Assembly: GCF_037042905.1 (NCBI RefSeq)
Contig: NC_087251.1
Coordinates: 32,180,001-32,244,000, forward strand
DNA from: Lytechinus pictus
Taxonomy: Eukaryota
Direction: 5' to 3'
DNA length: 64,000 nucleotides
The notes below the pieces were generated by a model. That model saw only the letters and a program-made list of their open reading frames with translations, had not been told where the DNA came from and did not search any database. This document shows positions 40,587 through 54,584 of this stretch, one piece after another; the stretch's first letter is position 1; every line of letters starts with the position of its first letter. Both the position numbers and the translations under genes were made by a program.

Positions 40587-43500
40587 ATGACCGCCATCAT
40601 GTTGGCTAACCTAATTCGTCCATCCCTTCGCTATGTGGCAGGCTTGGTCTCTGTAGTCCTCCTCAAGTCTACCATCCACTCATCACCATCATCCGTAGCC
40701 ATGGCAACCAACCCATCAAACCCTTCAAAAATGCCACATCGAGGAGTTAATAATCATTACTACGCCGGTCATCATCATCGATATCATCATCATCCCGAAT
40801 ATCATGAACCAGGCTATGCCGGTGTTTCGTCGTCGTCGTCGGGGCCGTGGTTTGAGTCGATGAGGGAAGGATTCTCTGATAATTCCAATCCAGTCCAGAA
40901 GAATTATGGCGTCGCTGTAACAGATGTTGACAACGACGGAGAACTCGAAATCATCGTTGCTGGGTATGTTAATTGATGATAATTATGTTTGATTGTGTAC
41001 GTTAAACCATTTATAATCTAATCAAAATATTATAAACCCTATATAAGTATGCCATCATGCAAAATCGTCAATAGGCAACACAATCTAGCTGCGATTTCCC
41101 TGGCATGCTGAGAATAATACGTAGATTTATATTTGCTTATATAAAATATATAATTACCAATGGACTTTGATCATTCTAACACGGGATTTCGGATGCCGTC
41201 CACCAATTCCTTAATCATTCACGTTTATTACATCTACAAAACGAAACAGTAACTCCTGTTTCTAAAAACTTAAACATTTCAAACGGAAATAAATGTATAT
41301 TATAACGATGTTTGTTGTGAATAAAAATCAATAAATGCGTCGACTTCTTTGGATATATTCGATTTCGTTTTGTTTATTGTTGCATTTAAGTGACGCAGGT
41401 GCTGTCACTTTTCGCCTCATAGCATGATCAGACTTCTCTGTCATTAAGCCTCATTTGGCAATTATCAGATTATTTTATCATAAAATCTATTTCATATACG
41501 TTCTTTCCTCGTAGGTTCGACGGTCCTAACTTAGTCCTAAAATATAACCACGAAACAAGACGACTCGAAAACCTAGCCATCGATGATCCCACCTCACCGT
41601 ACTACCAACTCCGTGATCAAAGAGGAAGCGCAATAGGCGTCTGCGCATGTGACGTCGACGGTGATGGGCGGGAAGAAATTTATTTCTTGAACACGAACAA
41701 TGCTTATAGTGGCCGGAAGCAGTACATGGACAAGCTCTTTAAATGGAGGAATGACCAATATGAAGATGTACTGTCGGATACGATCAATTCAAACGTCATT
41801 AATCAGTATGCTGGTGAGGAAGGCAACCATTATAATATCATGATTCAATAAAATTCGCTTCTGAAAAAAAAATGAATATATAGGATCATGTTGTAATCTT
41901 CCTCGCTGAAATCATTGGATGTTCAACTAAGATGAAGTAGATTTATCGACATTGTAGGCCTATAGTTTTTCTTGATTTTTTTTCGAAGTACCCACTATAT
42001 TATTAAGATCTTTAAAATAATATCCGCTGTTTCATTGTAACTGGAATTTTTGTTAAGATCAGTCTTCCTATTGAAATATTATCTAATTCTGCTGAGACAG
42101 TATATGCATTGTGCGCTCGTTATAAACTGACGTACTGATTTCGCTATATGTTTTGAAAATAGTTATGACAATAATAGTGATAATGATAATAATGGCAACA
42201 CAAATTGGAAGGAACTTTAATGGATAATAATGACATTGTGTGTTTTCAACTACTTAGGTCAAGTGAACTAATATTTCGGAAAATAAGGTTGGAACAAGGT
42301 TGCAATGGGTTTTTTTATGAAGTTGTTTAGATTTATACTGTTTTTTTTTCCAAACAGGTCGTTCTGTGGCGTGTATTGATCGTAAAGGAACTGGTCGCTA
42401 CTCCATCTATCTATCAAACTATGCTAACAGATGGGTGTCCCCACCCATTGGTCCCTGTGCTATGGTAGAAATGGATGAGACTCAAAGTGACGTCAGTGCT
42501 GGTATCATCAAGATTAGAAACGTCGCATCCGAAGTAGGCGTGGAAGGATACACTGGTAAGTTTTTGTCAAGGAAGTACTTTTATTTACACATGTATGCTG
42601 CTCTTTTGATGTTCATGCAACTCGCATAATCAGTAATATGAAAATAATCTTGTTTTGTATACTTTTGACTACTTTGGAGGAATATTATTTAGCATATCGG
42701 TTTAGAAACTTAAGTTTCACGTTCTTTCCAAGATGTCCACAGATGCACACTTACATAACAAAACTGGTGAAAAAGCGAACTTCTTACACTTTCTGCCACT
42801 ATATACGTGAAACGAGGAATGAATTGGCTTAAAGTAATTCCCCTTCCCTATCGACCTCTATTGATCGTTGGGGGTTGAACCCGAGATTAAATATTACAGA
42901 GGCATTTGATGCTCACCTAATCATTGGAGCCAAAACTTCTGCCTATAACCCCGCAGGAGGAACGTTTTCTTTTCATATGTTTTTATCTTACGAAATGTCG
43001 CGTCGTCGAGTATATAGGATTTTGTTTTTATAAATACCGTCACAATTAAAAAAGAGATCATCATATTCATTCTTTTTTCTCGAAGGTGGCCGAGGTGTTG
43101 CAGTTGGTCCCATTCTGAACGACGAAGGGAGGTCAGATATATTTTGTGACAACGAAGGTGGGCCAAACTTTCTCTACAAGAACGATGGACGCGGAAATTT
43201 TGAAGAGGTTGCAGCCTCGTCAAGTACGTTAAATTTCTTTATATTTTATTCATGTTTTATTAAGTCAACAAAAATCAGATATAAACAGAATATAACATAT
43301 AAAAAGTTACATTATTTACTGGTAATCATACAGTCAGAAATAAAAATGATAAAGAGGCAAACATATCCCCAATAAAAATAGATTTAAATTTTTTTTAGTA
43401 TTGCTAAGAATAATTTCGGATGTTTCAACGAAAAAAAATTGTTTTTTAAAAAGTGTTTTAAAAATCGTTGAAACACAGTCAGACCGTTTAATAAAGAAAT

Positions 43501-45296
43501 GTGATGCCTGTCGAATTAAGAAACTTAAAAGTGAGTGACCTGATAAACAGCACAGGTTCCGCACATGGCTGTTATGTAACTGCAATCAGAACTTTATTTC
43601 AAGAGAAGAATGTAACTGTTAGATCGTAAAAATTTGTGTAATACTTATCATTTGGTTATTTACCGATGACTTGTGATCACAAACGTCAATATTTAACTCT
43701 ACGAAAAATCTTTATTATCCAAACAAAATTATTTTTGTTTATTGCAGGGATCTCTGATGCAAGAGAAAACGGCAGAGGTGTTGCTCTTGCTGATTTCAAC
43801 GGAGACGGCAAGTTAGATATTGTCTACGGCAGTTGGAATGGTCATCACCGTCTCTATTTACAGAAAACAAGAGGTGACAGACGATGGTTTCAGGTAAGTC
43901 CTAACCCATCCTCCTTGGGTCATGGCGATCATTTCTCTTTCGCACATCAATGACATAATAGCTGATTGAGTTGTCTGAGACCTTTCTCCATTTTAAGTGA
44001 TAATGTCTTTACTATCCAAGTATCATTTACCAGTGATATGAGTTTTGAAGGTTTGCATAATGTGTGTCTTGATGACAAGGTTCTCTGGTTCACCCCTTTC
44101 ACCATGTGAGATTGTCCTGAAAAGGACTGTTAGGAAGATCTTTCGGATAATAGTTCTTAGAGGAACTAGTGGCCTCGGCGTTTCGAGCACGGGAACTCTG
44201 TTGTCCATCAAGATTATTTATATATTGAAACCGTAAAACGTTGTCATTCATCTATCAATGATGTATGCTTGTTTCGATATAGGTCTTTGAGAGTGATTTT
44301 AACATTCATTTCTCGTCTTTGTAATATAATTTCATTTTTTCCCCAGAATGTTGCCAATGCTTCGTTCGAGGAAGCTTCGCCTATCAGGACGGTCATTGCA
44401 GCTGACTTTGATAATGACGGTATCCTCGAAGTATACTTCAACAACATTGCCTACCATGGTCCCGCCCCTAACAGGCTCTATAAGATCAGACCGACGGGAG
44501 ATTGGGGTGTCAACATTGAAGAACAGACCAATCTAGGTGATGCTGCAGAGGTCAATGGATATGGAACAGGTAAATGAAAGTATACAAACATGATCGAGGG
44601 CAGTAGTAAGAATTACACAATCATATAAGGTTCCTTTGGAACGGTTCAAACACTCCCGAGACATTAGAGCTAAAGACAGCATGTTTCGCTTTTTATTACT
44701 ATGTGTGCCATTCAACGTTCGCTATTTCTTCCAGCGTCCATTCTTGAGTACCTGTGCAAGGGCTGTTAACCGAAAAATGACTGACACATTATTTTCATGA
44801 CTTGTGACATTCTCTTTTAGAATGACTCTTTGTATATTCCTTCGCAGGTGGAGCAGTGACTGATCTCGATGGTGACGGTCAGCTGGAGCTCATCCTATCC
44901 CATGGTGAATCTGCTAGTCAACCTCTTACTCTATACCACTCCAGACGTGCCACCAACCATCGGTGGTTGCGCGTCATGCCCTTGACGCAGAACAACGCCC
45001 CTGCTCGCGGTGCCGTCGTCAACGTCATGACGCGGAATGGCAACTCCCATCTTCGGGTCATTGACGGCGGGTCCGGATACCTTTGCGAGATGGAACCGGT
45101 TGCACACTTCGGCTTTGGCCCTTCGGATGTTCCGGTGACCATTGAGGTCAAATGGCCGGATACCTCAACCATCACGCGGGAAATAACCGTGAATGAAATC
45201 AACTCGTTTATAAAAATTCAGCACCCGGTAAATTCTCAGAGTGATACGAACCAGCGAGATACCTCCGGATCCAATCGAAATGACCGACCAGAATGA
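40587..45296 (+). CDS. CRTAC1: Cartilage acidic protein 1 homologue (FG-GAP/VCBS propeller + ASPIC/UnbV domain), 7 coding exons, 609 aa
   Basis: Exons 40587-40963, 41515-41813, 42358-42555, 43086-43223, 43748-43893, 44347-44569, 44848-45296, with consistent phases. Motifs: NYGVAVTDVDNDGELEIIVAG, CDVDGDGREEIYFLNTNNA, GRGVALADFNGDGKLDIVYG, ADFDNDG, IDGGSGYLCEMEPVAHFG. Hydrophobic N-terminus. Probable non-coding first exon ending GAG|gtaagt at 39756. Confidence 0.95.
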
Positions 45297-48079
45297 GAAG
45301 CAACCCAGATAATCTTTGCAATAACTTTACTCCTCTATGACGAAGTTTTGTCCTTCTTTATTTGTATGCTACTATGTTTTTCTGAAATGTACTTAAGATG
45401 ATTTTATCATCATTCCGTTTTTTGCATGTTGTTTATACTTGATAAGCATGAATTGATGTAATTATAAATATGATATGCAGTTATTCAGTATTCAAATTCG
45501 TGTTTTTTCTTGAATCAATATACGGTGCTTTTTTCAACATTGTGTGTAAATCGATTTAATACGCACGTTTACTTAAGTAAAATAATATTTATATATCATG
45601 CATGTAATATGACTCAATGTAGGCCGACTTATATCTTGAATTCTGATGTATGAATTTATTACGTGTTACTTTGTGATGAGGGAGCAGAGACTTAAATATG
45701 TCTTCCATACTTCACTGTTCACGTGATTCACTGTGTTATACTGTAAATATATTTATAAATGAATATTTGCATGACATAATGCTTGCAGTGTAATTATTTA
45801 ATCACACACTAACAACTCGAACATTAATTCAAAATTCCAGACATGTTTGCATACGGGCACCTATTTTCACTATCAGTGAAGAGTACACGACCCGGTACAC
45901 GATGACTGGAATATGAGCTTATAATGAGAGAGAGAGAGAGAAAGGGGAATGATAAACAATTTGGTAACATAGATTTATATGAAGTTCGCGGGGTCAGTGA
46001 GAGGAGGAAGGAGTGGAAAGTAGTATTGAAGAGGGAGTAGAAGGGGGGGGGTGAGGGAGTGAGGTTGATCGATTCATGGATGTAGTAGAGACATGATGAA
46101 TTGTGACTTGTTATAGAAGGTATAGGAGAGACGGGATTAAGAGATGGGGGTGAGAACGAGAGGGAGAGGGGGGGAGTGGCGAAGAAGGTCATGAAATAGA
46201 AAACGGGTAAAATGCATGCACATATTTTTTTGGAAACTTACAAGAATAGCGTGATTTGTTAGTCAGATTATCAATGTATAAGACTCTGACCAACAGGGCC
46301 AGGTCGTACGGTATAGTACGTAGCCCGACTTCCTTGTCTATCGATATCTCACTGATCGCAAATGATCAGAGGAGCGTTTCATCAACATAATCATGTTATT
46401 CGATAAGTTGCCACATCTGACAACTTTCATTGATTTTGTGTGGCTATCAAGCATATTTTCTATGGTCGCATTTCCTTTATGGTAATTGTTAAAATAAAAT
46501 AAAAACTTTGTCGAATGAAACATCCGACTATAGTTATTTGATGAAACGCTCCCGGGTGAGACGGTTATTACGAAAGAAAAGTCATCTTCTTTATTTGGGT
46601 ACATGGCATTGTAAGTATATACTGCTGTGTTTTCACATAATTACTTTTTTCAGTTTTTCTGAACAGTGCTTTTTAGTCGCAACTGGCACAGAGCAAAATT
46701 TGCAGTTGATGTCAGCGTAATCAGCCAAAAATTTGGACCTCTTCTAGACAAAAAAAAAGAAGAAGCTAATTTCATGATAGATTTTTACACAATATATATT
46801 CAGAAAATGATACCCCTTTTGATCACCCCTTTTCCTTTCCTTTTCTTTCTTTTTCACCCTTTTTTCTAGGTCGTATTTTTTTTTTTTTTATTATTATTAT
46901 TATTTTTTTTTTTTTTGGGGGGGGGGGGTCCATGGCCCCTACCCCCTATACCAAAATAATATTATTAAACATCTAGTAGAAGATATTCAACAAATAAGTG
47001 ATATTCATTTGAAAAATGTACTAGGGGTCAATTCAACTCCAAAAAGTGTTATGAAGAAAAATAACAATGATAGAGGCAAATTAGGTGAATAAATGCTTGC
47101 AAAAAAAAAATCATTCGAAAGTTGACATTTTGAGACGACTTTTTTCTCCCCCCCCCCCCCTCTCTCTCTCTCTTTCATCTTTTTTTGTTGGTCGTATTTT
47201 ATTCGGGGGGGGGGGTGTCTATCTATCTATCTATCTATCTATATATATGTATACAGGCTCCTGTACAGAATTCGAAATACGACCCCCCCCCCTCCCACGA
47301 GGGCGCCCATGGCTGGACGTGATGGAGCAAAGGGGAATCTCCAGCACTGTTAAATTACATATCATTGGCCAAAAACAGAAAAGTGCGTAATAGGTGCTAA
47401 CAGAAATCAATATAAATAGATAAAAGAAAGGAGAGATAGAGAGAGTTTTACTAATAAAAAAGGGAAAACGCTGAAATTATACATTTTCAGCATCCAACCA
47501 CAGACAAACATGAATGTGGTGTCAATTATTTTGTACTTAGACTTCTAAATTTCTAAACTAAATTATCCAAGCAAATGAATAAAAAAATAACAAAACAAAA
47601 CAAATCTTTCAGACTAGGCTATATACAATATGTAGTTGAGATAATAACAACTAAAAATTAATACTTTTTGTGTAAAGGGTAGCCTTATTTATGTAAAAAG
47701 CCTTCTTTGTATCACAACATAAGAATGAAAAATCTAGAAAAATACATGCCGTATTTCTCAAAATGAAGAGTGAGATAGTTTGGTATAGAAGTTGTACAAA
47801 TTTTAGACATACTAGTTTTGATACCCCCCCCAAAAAAAAAAAAAAAAAAATCTAGAAATTTTGACTCAATAATGGATTTGAGGCCGATTTGAGGTTACTA
47901 ACTTTAATCGCGACTTTACATGATTGTTAATTGAATGGTATAAAACTATTCTGCTTACGTAATTCATCATAATATTAAAAATAATGTTTTTAACCAAAAT
48001 ATAATTTTGATCAATGAAACCTTTTGTAGGTATATAGTGATAACTTTTAACAAATTTGAGCTAGAATCAATTTAATTAA

Positions 48080-48663
48080 AGGAGTATGAAACTCTTGGAG
48101 CAAGTTAGCTTTTGTGAAAGCAGAAAAATCAAAGAATAAGATCAACAAAAGTTTGAGTAAAATAGGACTAGCAATAGAAGAGTTATGAGCATTTGAATGT
48201 CGAGATCACTAATGCTATGGAGATCCTCCTCTTGGCAATGCGACCAAGATCTATGATGTCACAGATGAACAACTCTCCCCTTTTGGACACTGAAAATATA
48301 CCCCAAAACATCTCTTTTTGCTCATTCTAATCATATGACAAACGATTCATCAATGATATAATGTTGTGAAACCTCTGTACTTGTCCTCTCATAAAGAGAA
48401 CACATCACCTTGTGATAGACTCTATAAAAATGAGAATATAAGTGAAATAAGTACTAAAGTAATGAGGGAGTTGTACGTGTGTGACATCACAGATCTTGGT
48501 CGCATTGCCAATGGGAGGATCTACATGGCATTAGTGATCTCAATATTCAAATGCTCATAACTTTCTTATTATTCATTCAATCTTCCTCAAACTTTCAACA
48601 ATATGTTTCTTTGATTTTTCTCTTTGATATGGATTCAGCTGGTTTCAAGGGTTTCATTCTCCT
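48080..48663. mobile_element. Palindromic TTAA-flanked MITE (Kolobok-like)
   Basis: TTAA|AGGAGTATGAAAC ... GTTTCATTCTCCT|TTAA; internal inverted repeat GAGATCACTAATGC...GATGTCACA / TGTGACATC...GCATTAGTGATCTC. Confidence 0.85.
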
Positions 48664-49227
48664 TTAAGAAATAGTTTTTTGGGGGTCATTGTCATGGGAA
48701 ATATAAAAATCTTTTTAGTTTTTATACTTTCATCCTGTTTTTATGAGATTGAGATCATAATTTGAATACCAACTTTCAATAATCCTGATATAGAGATATA
48801 TAGCAAAATGAGATATAATATTATCAGTAGAACTATATATCTTCTCCTTCTTTTTTCGTCTTTGGGTCCGGCTTTGGGTATACTGCCCAATGCTCCACAA
48901 TGGGAGCCAATCGGGCAGAAAGTGCACTGATGTTGATGGCGCGGAGAGAAAATATACATTTTAGTCCTGCTATGCTTTGCATAATTAATTTGAAGTACAT
49001 GTACGTTTCGCTTGAAGGTTTCGGTGCCTTTGATTTCAATGGTTGGGGTGTGAGAGAGTTTTAGTCTGGGACCCTGGGATGGGTCTTGGGATGAATGAAT
49101 ACGTGTAGCAGTTTTTTTTTGGTGGAGATGGGGATGAAGCTAATTTGTAGGCCTACCCTGATTTTTATCTCTGTGGCCCATGCCTTCTTCTTTTTTTTAT
49201 ACTAGCAGACGACGAAGAGCAGTAAAT

Positions 49228-52200
49228 CAAGGCCCTATATAAACAAGGTTGCGACAACAGGGGTCAAAGGTCAAATTTGAAGGATCTCGAATAGTTCCAA
49301 CCGGGCCTTTTTGTCGACTGCTGCCATTGGAAATGCGTGCAAATTTTTGAATCATTTTTTATAATTATATCGGAAATCGACGTTAGAAATTCATTTTTAC
49401 ACTGCACATCCATATCAATATATTAGCGACCACATAAATTTATCAAATTTGTACAATCTTATAACAAAATCCGTGAAATATCGTTGATTTGAAAAATGGC
49501 AACCGAGTTCGTCGCAAGCCGCAAATGCTCACTGCTGCTGGTAGCGAGCGGGACGCTGCACTAATTTTCCCCGGAACTGTCGGGCTGGATGTAAGGTTCT
49601 GCTGGCCCCCCACGGGTCGTTTGGAGAGCGAGAGGTAAGTATGTACCGGAATGTCATGTGGTGCCATAAATACTAGTTTCATGTCCTAAATTCTTATTGT
49701 AGATTTTGCGCCGTTGTAAATTTAGCTGAATTTGATTTTTTTTACTAGAGTAGGCCCTACTCAAAAACATGAATGATTTGAGCATATCTTTGTGCTTGTC
49801 TTTAGTTTGAGTTTGACTGAGTGGGCCCTTAAGGCTTAATTTATTTATTTTTTATTTTATTTCTGATATTTAACATGTTTGAATAGGCCACAGGGCGGCA
49901 CATATCATCAACTTGGTGGTTTTCCATGTGGCCCTATTAACAAAAAGTACAGCAAAAAATGTTACTAGATCTATTAATAATACCAAATAGATCTAACGTT
50001 AGATCTACTAGTACTAGATCTACATCAGTACATGCAGTGAGTTGAAATAAACATGACAAAATGTACAGGCAAAAAATGTATGCAAACATGTTATAAGAAA
50101 GATTATTGGTATCCTTAATTGGGAATTTGTTCATTTAATATTAAAATCAACTATGACAATTTGAATCAAGCTTGTGAATTTAGATTTTGAAGATGAAACA
50201 TATATTGCCTATTAATTGATGGAAAGTGAGATAAGTGCTGTGCAGAATGCAGATATTCAATTCTACTAACCTTATTTTTAATAAGAACAAAACTAATTTC
50301 AAGAATTCAATTCATTTTGGGGGCTTGGGGCCAATGCATAAAATGAATTTACAACCAGGACTGTACCATATAGTAAAGTGCTTTATCCAGTTTAGATCAA
50401 AAGAACATAAAAAAAGAAAGTAAATATTTATTCATTTCAATCACCACACAGCAAAAGGTTTACAGGATAACGTTAGGTTACTTGTATAAAATTTTACATT
50501 GGATAAGTGGTCTTGTCAGTTGTCACCAGAATAAGGCTAGTGCCAGTTTCCCCTTATATTCCTATCGCTACAGAATTTTTCATAGCGTTCTTAATATTTC
50601 TACCCTTTATGCCCTGTAAAAACATACCATGGTGTTCTTTGGATTTTATACCATTTCAATGCCTTACATACATGTACCTCGTTGCTCTCGAGATCAACAT
50701 GCTTTATTTTATTTTCATATATGATACAGGCCAGGGTTATCCTTATAGTTGCCACCGTGATGTAAAATTATTCCGAAGGAAAGTGAAATACCCAAGTAGG
50801 CCTAGTACAGTACTAGACCAAAAGCTTTAGTGTCTGTATTTGGTTGTTTTGCTGAACTGTGTTGGCTTTTCTCACTTAGTAAAATCCCTAGAAATGGTTA
50901 TTCCTGTCTAGCCTAGTTCCAATTTGGCTATAAACTCTTTGTTGTGTACTGGGTGAGTTCAATTCTCACGAGGCATATTCGAACATCATTGACCACCAAG
51001 TCTATGATAACCCTAAATGCTTTCATGGTGTCAGTACATGGACAAATGAGTTTAGTAATCCAGTTGGTTTGCATGTAGCTTCCTTTTTTTTTTAAATATT
51101 ACTTTCATTTCTGCACTGCCAATACTTTGCACATTTTCTAGACCAAAAATCTTCAATCTCTGTACCATCTCAGATGTTGTTCTGGAAGTTTCCATGGCAA
51201 AAAAGAATAGTGTAGAAAAAAACATCTGAGATAGTGTAGTAGGTTTCATGGTCATCATGTATCTTTCTTGGGCAAATGTTGGTCCTGAAAAGGACCACCC
51301 AATCTTGACGTTGCGACAAGTGTGTTCTTGTCGTCCTACTCATGCCTTGTGTACTGAAAGCCCTCTCGCTCAGACAGCAAGTATTGTATGTGCTAGTCCT
51401 TACGTGGAGCCACACTTACAACAAGTTTCATTCGGTCTGTGCCTGCAGACTAAACTAATGTGGCCATGGCACCTCCTCACCCATCCAATGCCATATAAAG
51501 TTCATATTGGCATTAAAATGTATTTGCTTAATAAAACAACCTCTTTACAACTATCTAAATTAACGCATGATCCAACTATATTATCATTACATGTACACTA
51601 AATATGAAATAAAAGAAACAATAGGTAGAGAGTGAGAGATTGACCCTCATTTTATGCTGTTGCCACCAATGAAAGTTCTTAATTTAAATTTGGAACTTCA
51701 TGAGAGTCGAACTCATCCAACATTGCACAAAATGCGGTCAGAAGACAGGCGGAATGATACATGATGAAAGATTTAAAGGAGAACATTTCAAGCAAATAAG
51801 AAAGATTGACTGCACAATGTAGCCCTACATGTATGTTATATAATCACATCTTATTAAAATCATGATGAAAATCAAACAATCATACTTACACAGCTTACTG
51901 GCTTATCCAGTAGTTCCTCTCATCCAAAACAGATCAATCGGCAGCAATTACATGTAGGGCCTATTTTATTTTCCACAATCAAATTGAAAAAAAAATCTAC
52001 ATTTAGATCTAACTTAGATAAGTTTGGTGCATCAATGATTATCTTGTCAACTAAGCACGTATTATCATTGGCTTTTGTAATAAAGTTATCACACCATACA
52101 TATCAACAGAGTAGAGGTCTACATGTGCATGTATGCTAAATTAGGCCTTTAAAGTTTCTTTGAAAACTACAAAGAATTGATTTTAATTCCAAACCATTTC

Positions 52201-54110
52201 AAATTACTTGGCCTAGTCGAAGAAATTTTTGGTCTAGATACCCAACCTGTCCGGACATGCAACTAGTGGTATGATAGGGGCACTTGTCCAATACTACAAG
52301 GTTGTGATAACATCCATGTGGTCTTAAACCACTTTTAAAAAATGCAGTGCTAAGCTAACACCACTTTTATCACAAGGTTGTGATAACCTTGTCCACAGTT
52401 AGTAACCTGTGTGGTGAACAAGATTGTCTTGAATCTTGAAGAAGTACTTTTTGAGTGTCAACAAGATTGTCAATTTTCTCTTGATCTAGACTGGATGAAT
52501 ACTTGATCAACAGTCAATTTTGACCATACAGTGAATTCATCATCATAAAAAAATGCCTTGGCACAAAACTAAATTGAATTCTTGAAATTTATAATTTTTT
52601 TTCTAATTAAAAAGAGATTAAAAAGAGAGTCTGTGGAGATGAAGATCTGCATCAGTCACAGAGAGCCTCACAAAAATATGCTCAAAATTAAAAGTTTTTG
52701 AGCGCTCTTGTGAATAAAAAAAAAAGATTTCTAAGTCTAGAATGAAAACAAATAACTGAATGGATCTGTCTTTTTGAGTGTGCATTGTACATGAATGTTG
52801 CATAGACTCAAGACATAAAGAGTGGTTGGAGAGTGCAAGAGGATGGGGTGCTTCCACTCTTCCCGCAATTCGACAAATTTTTACTTTTTCCAGGAAAGGT
52901 TCCAGAAATGAAAAAAATTCCAGGAAATTCAGGGAAATCCACAAATTACAAGGGGGGCCCCTTGAGAAGCAAAATTTAAAATTGTAATGTAGAAATGCAG
53001 AAGTGTGCCCCCCCCCCCTTTGAACGTGAAGTCCCTTTTATTTTTGCATGTCAATTTTTTCCTCAGGAAAATGTGCCTCCCCTTTTGGAAAATCCTGGAT
53101 CCGCCCATGATTACAATTAAATGACAATTTACCGTAGCAACTTTAAAATATTCATGTAATATTTTACAAAGATTTAGATCTTCCTCCGGATCCAGACATA
53201 GGCTCCGTCGTCGGAGCTCAAAATTTTCTGCGCTCGTCATTTCGTAATTTTGTTCCTATTTTTCAAGAGGACATGATGAACAAAAATGTTTTATTTCTTG
53301 ATTTTGGTCACTTCTTGGACCAAATTTAGGCTCACTGTATTAATTATTATTGCCAGATTTTCATTAAAAATCAAAATGGAAAATTCCAGGGATTGTCTAT
53401 GAATTTCAGAAAATTTGGGATTCATTTTCAGGAAATTTGTTTTAGATCTGTGGAACATTGATGAGGGGTTTGGTGTCCGGACACTGAAAAATAAAGCCTT
53501 GTATTTGTAGAAGTTTAGGCTTGCTGTTGTTTATCTCACTTGTTTGTTTTTTTATTTTATCTCAAATTCTCACTTCTCAGCAAAATAAAGCAAAAAATAT
53601 AGCTTGAATAATGCTTATCACCATCATTATTTGTTCTTTATAATATTTTCTTACATTCTGAGCTAAAAAAAATCAAAGACATTGCTTGTATTTTTTGTAA
53701 ACTTTTCAAAATTAAAGGAGATGTCGTGAGTCCGGACGGCCCAACCCGTCAGGAAACACAACCACAGCGTATATCGGGCTACTGAGCCAGCCGCACTGCC
53801 GGCTACAGTTGCCAGTCCCATACCGTATCTTTACTGTCATGTTTACGCCTTGGAACTATTAAAAATTAGTAAAAAAGCATGTTAAAATTCAAAATTATTG
53901 CAAACCAATCATATCAAAATGAAGGACATAAAATTCTCTTTAAAAACTATCATTTTGTTTTTATCAATAACAATTTCAATTACCTGAAATTTGCTGTCGA
54001 AAAATCTCCCCCATTGACTTTGTACACAAACTTCGGTGAGTTTGGAACTATTCAAAAGCTCCATGAGCAAATGACGGCAACTTCCGGTGTCGCAACCTTG
54101 TTTATATAGG
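49228..54110. mobile_element. Element A: 4.9-kb TIR DNA transposon (29-bp TIR), probably a decayed hAT
   Basis: Left TIR CAAGGCCCTATATAAACAAGGTTGCGACA (49228-49256). Right TIR TGTCGCAACCTTGTTTATATAGG (54088-54110) lacks its last 6 bp. Preceded by CAGTAAAT. Minus-strand LAHTILAV/SERAFSTQG remnant near 51310-51397. Confidence 0.85.
51310..51397 (-). pseudogene. Remnant resembling the hAT transposase C-terminal dimerisation domain
   Basis: Minus strand reads L-A-H-T-I-L-A-V, then after a frameshift S-E-R-A-F-S-T-Q-G-M-S-R-T-T-R-T-H-L, resembling LAxxxLxxPxSxxxxERxFSxxGxxxTxxRxxL. Confidence 0.45.
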
Positions 54111-54584
54111 TAGGCACTTATGATCCAAGTTTGAAAGGAGACTCGTAAAATGACGTCACTCTCGCCGATGAATATTCATTAGATCGTGGTCGTGCGTGTT
54201 CAATACACACTGCGTGCAGGCATGCAGATAGTTATATGCGAGGAACTTTGGCTCAAGTTGTCAAATAACGTGTGTGTGTGTGCGCGTGTGTGTATCATCG
54301 GCTGGTAGTATTCCATGCTGTCTAAGACTTCAAACGCGTCGGAGAGAGTGCATGGCAATTCGGTAAAACGAAGTTTCCGATATAAAGAGATAATAAAATA
54401 ACACTATGTACAGTACGTTGAGAGGCAAATGTCAGATCAGGGAGGCAGGAGTACAATCAGGTTTTTTTTTAAAGGGAAGAATAGTGTAAAATAAAAGGTA
54501 TTATATATATAGCCAAATGGTCTAGGTGAGGGAAGTGAACAATGATGTTTTTTTAAAAAAAGAATGAATATACCTTACCTGAAT

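Noticed and set aside
53879..54109. 76-aa ORF duplicated at 63382-63612
   Set aside because: It is AT-rich subterminal transposon sequence with no recognisable domain, and the differences between the copies are largely amino-acid changing.
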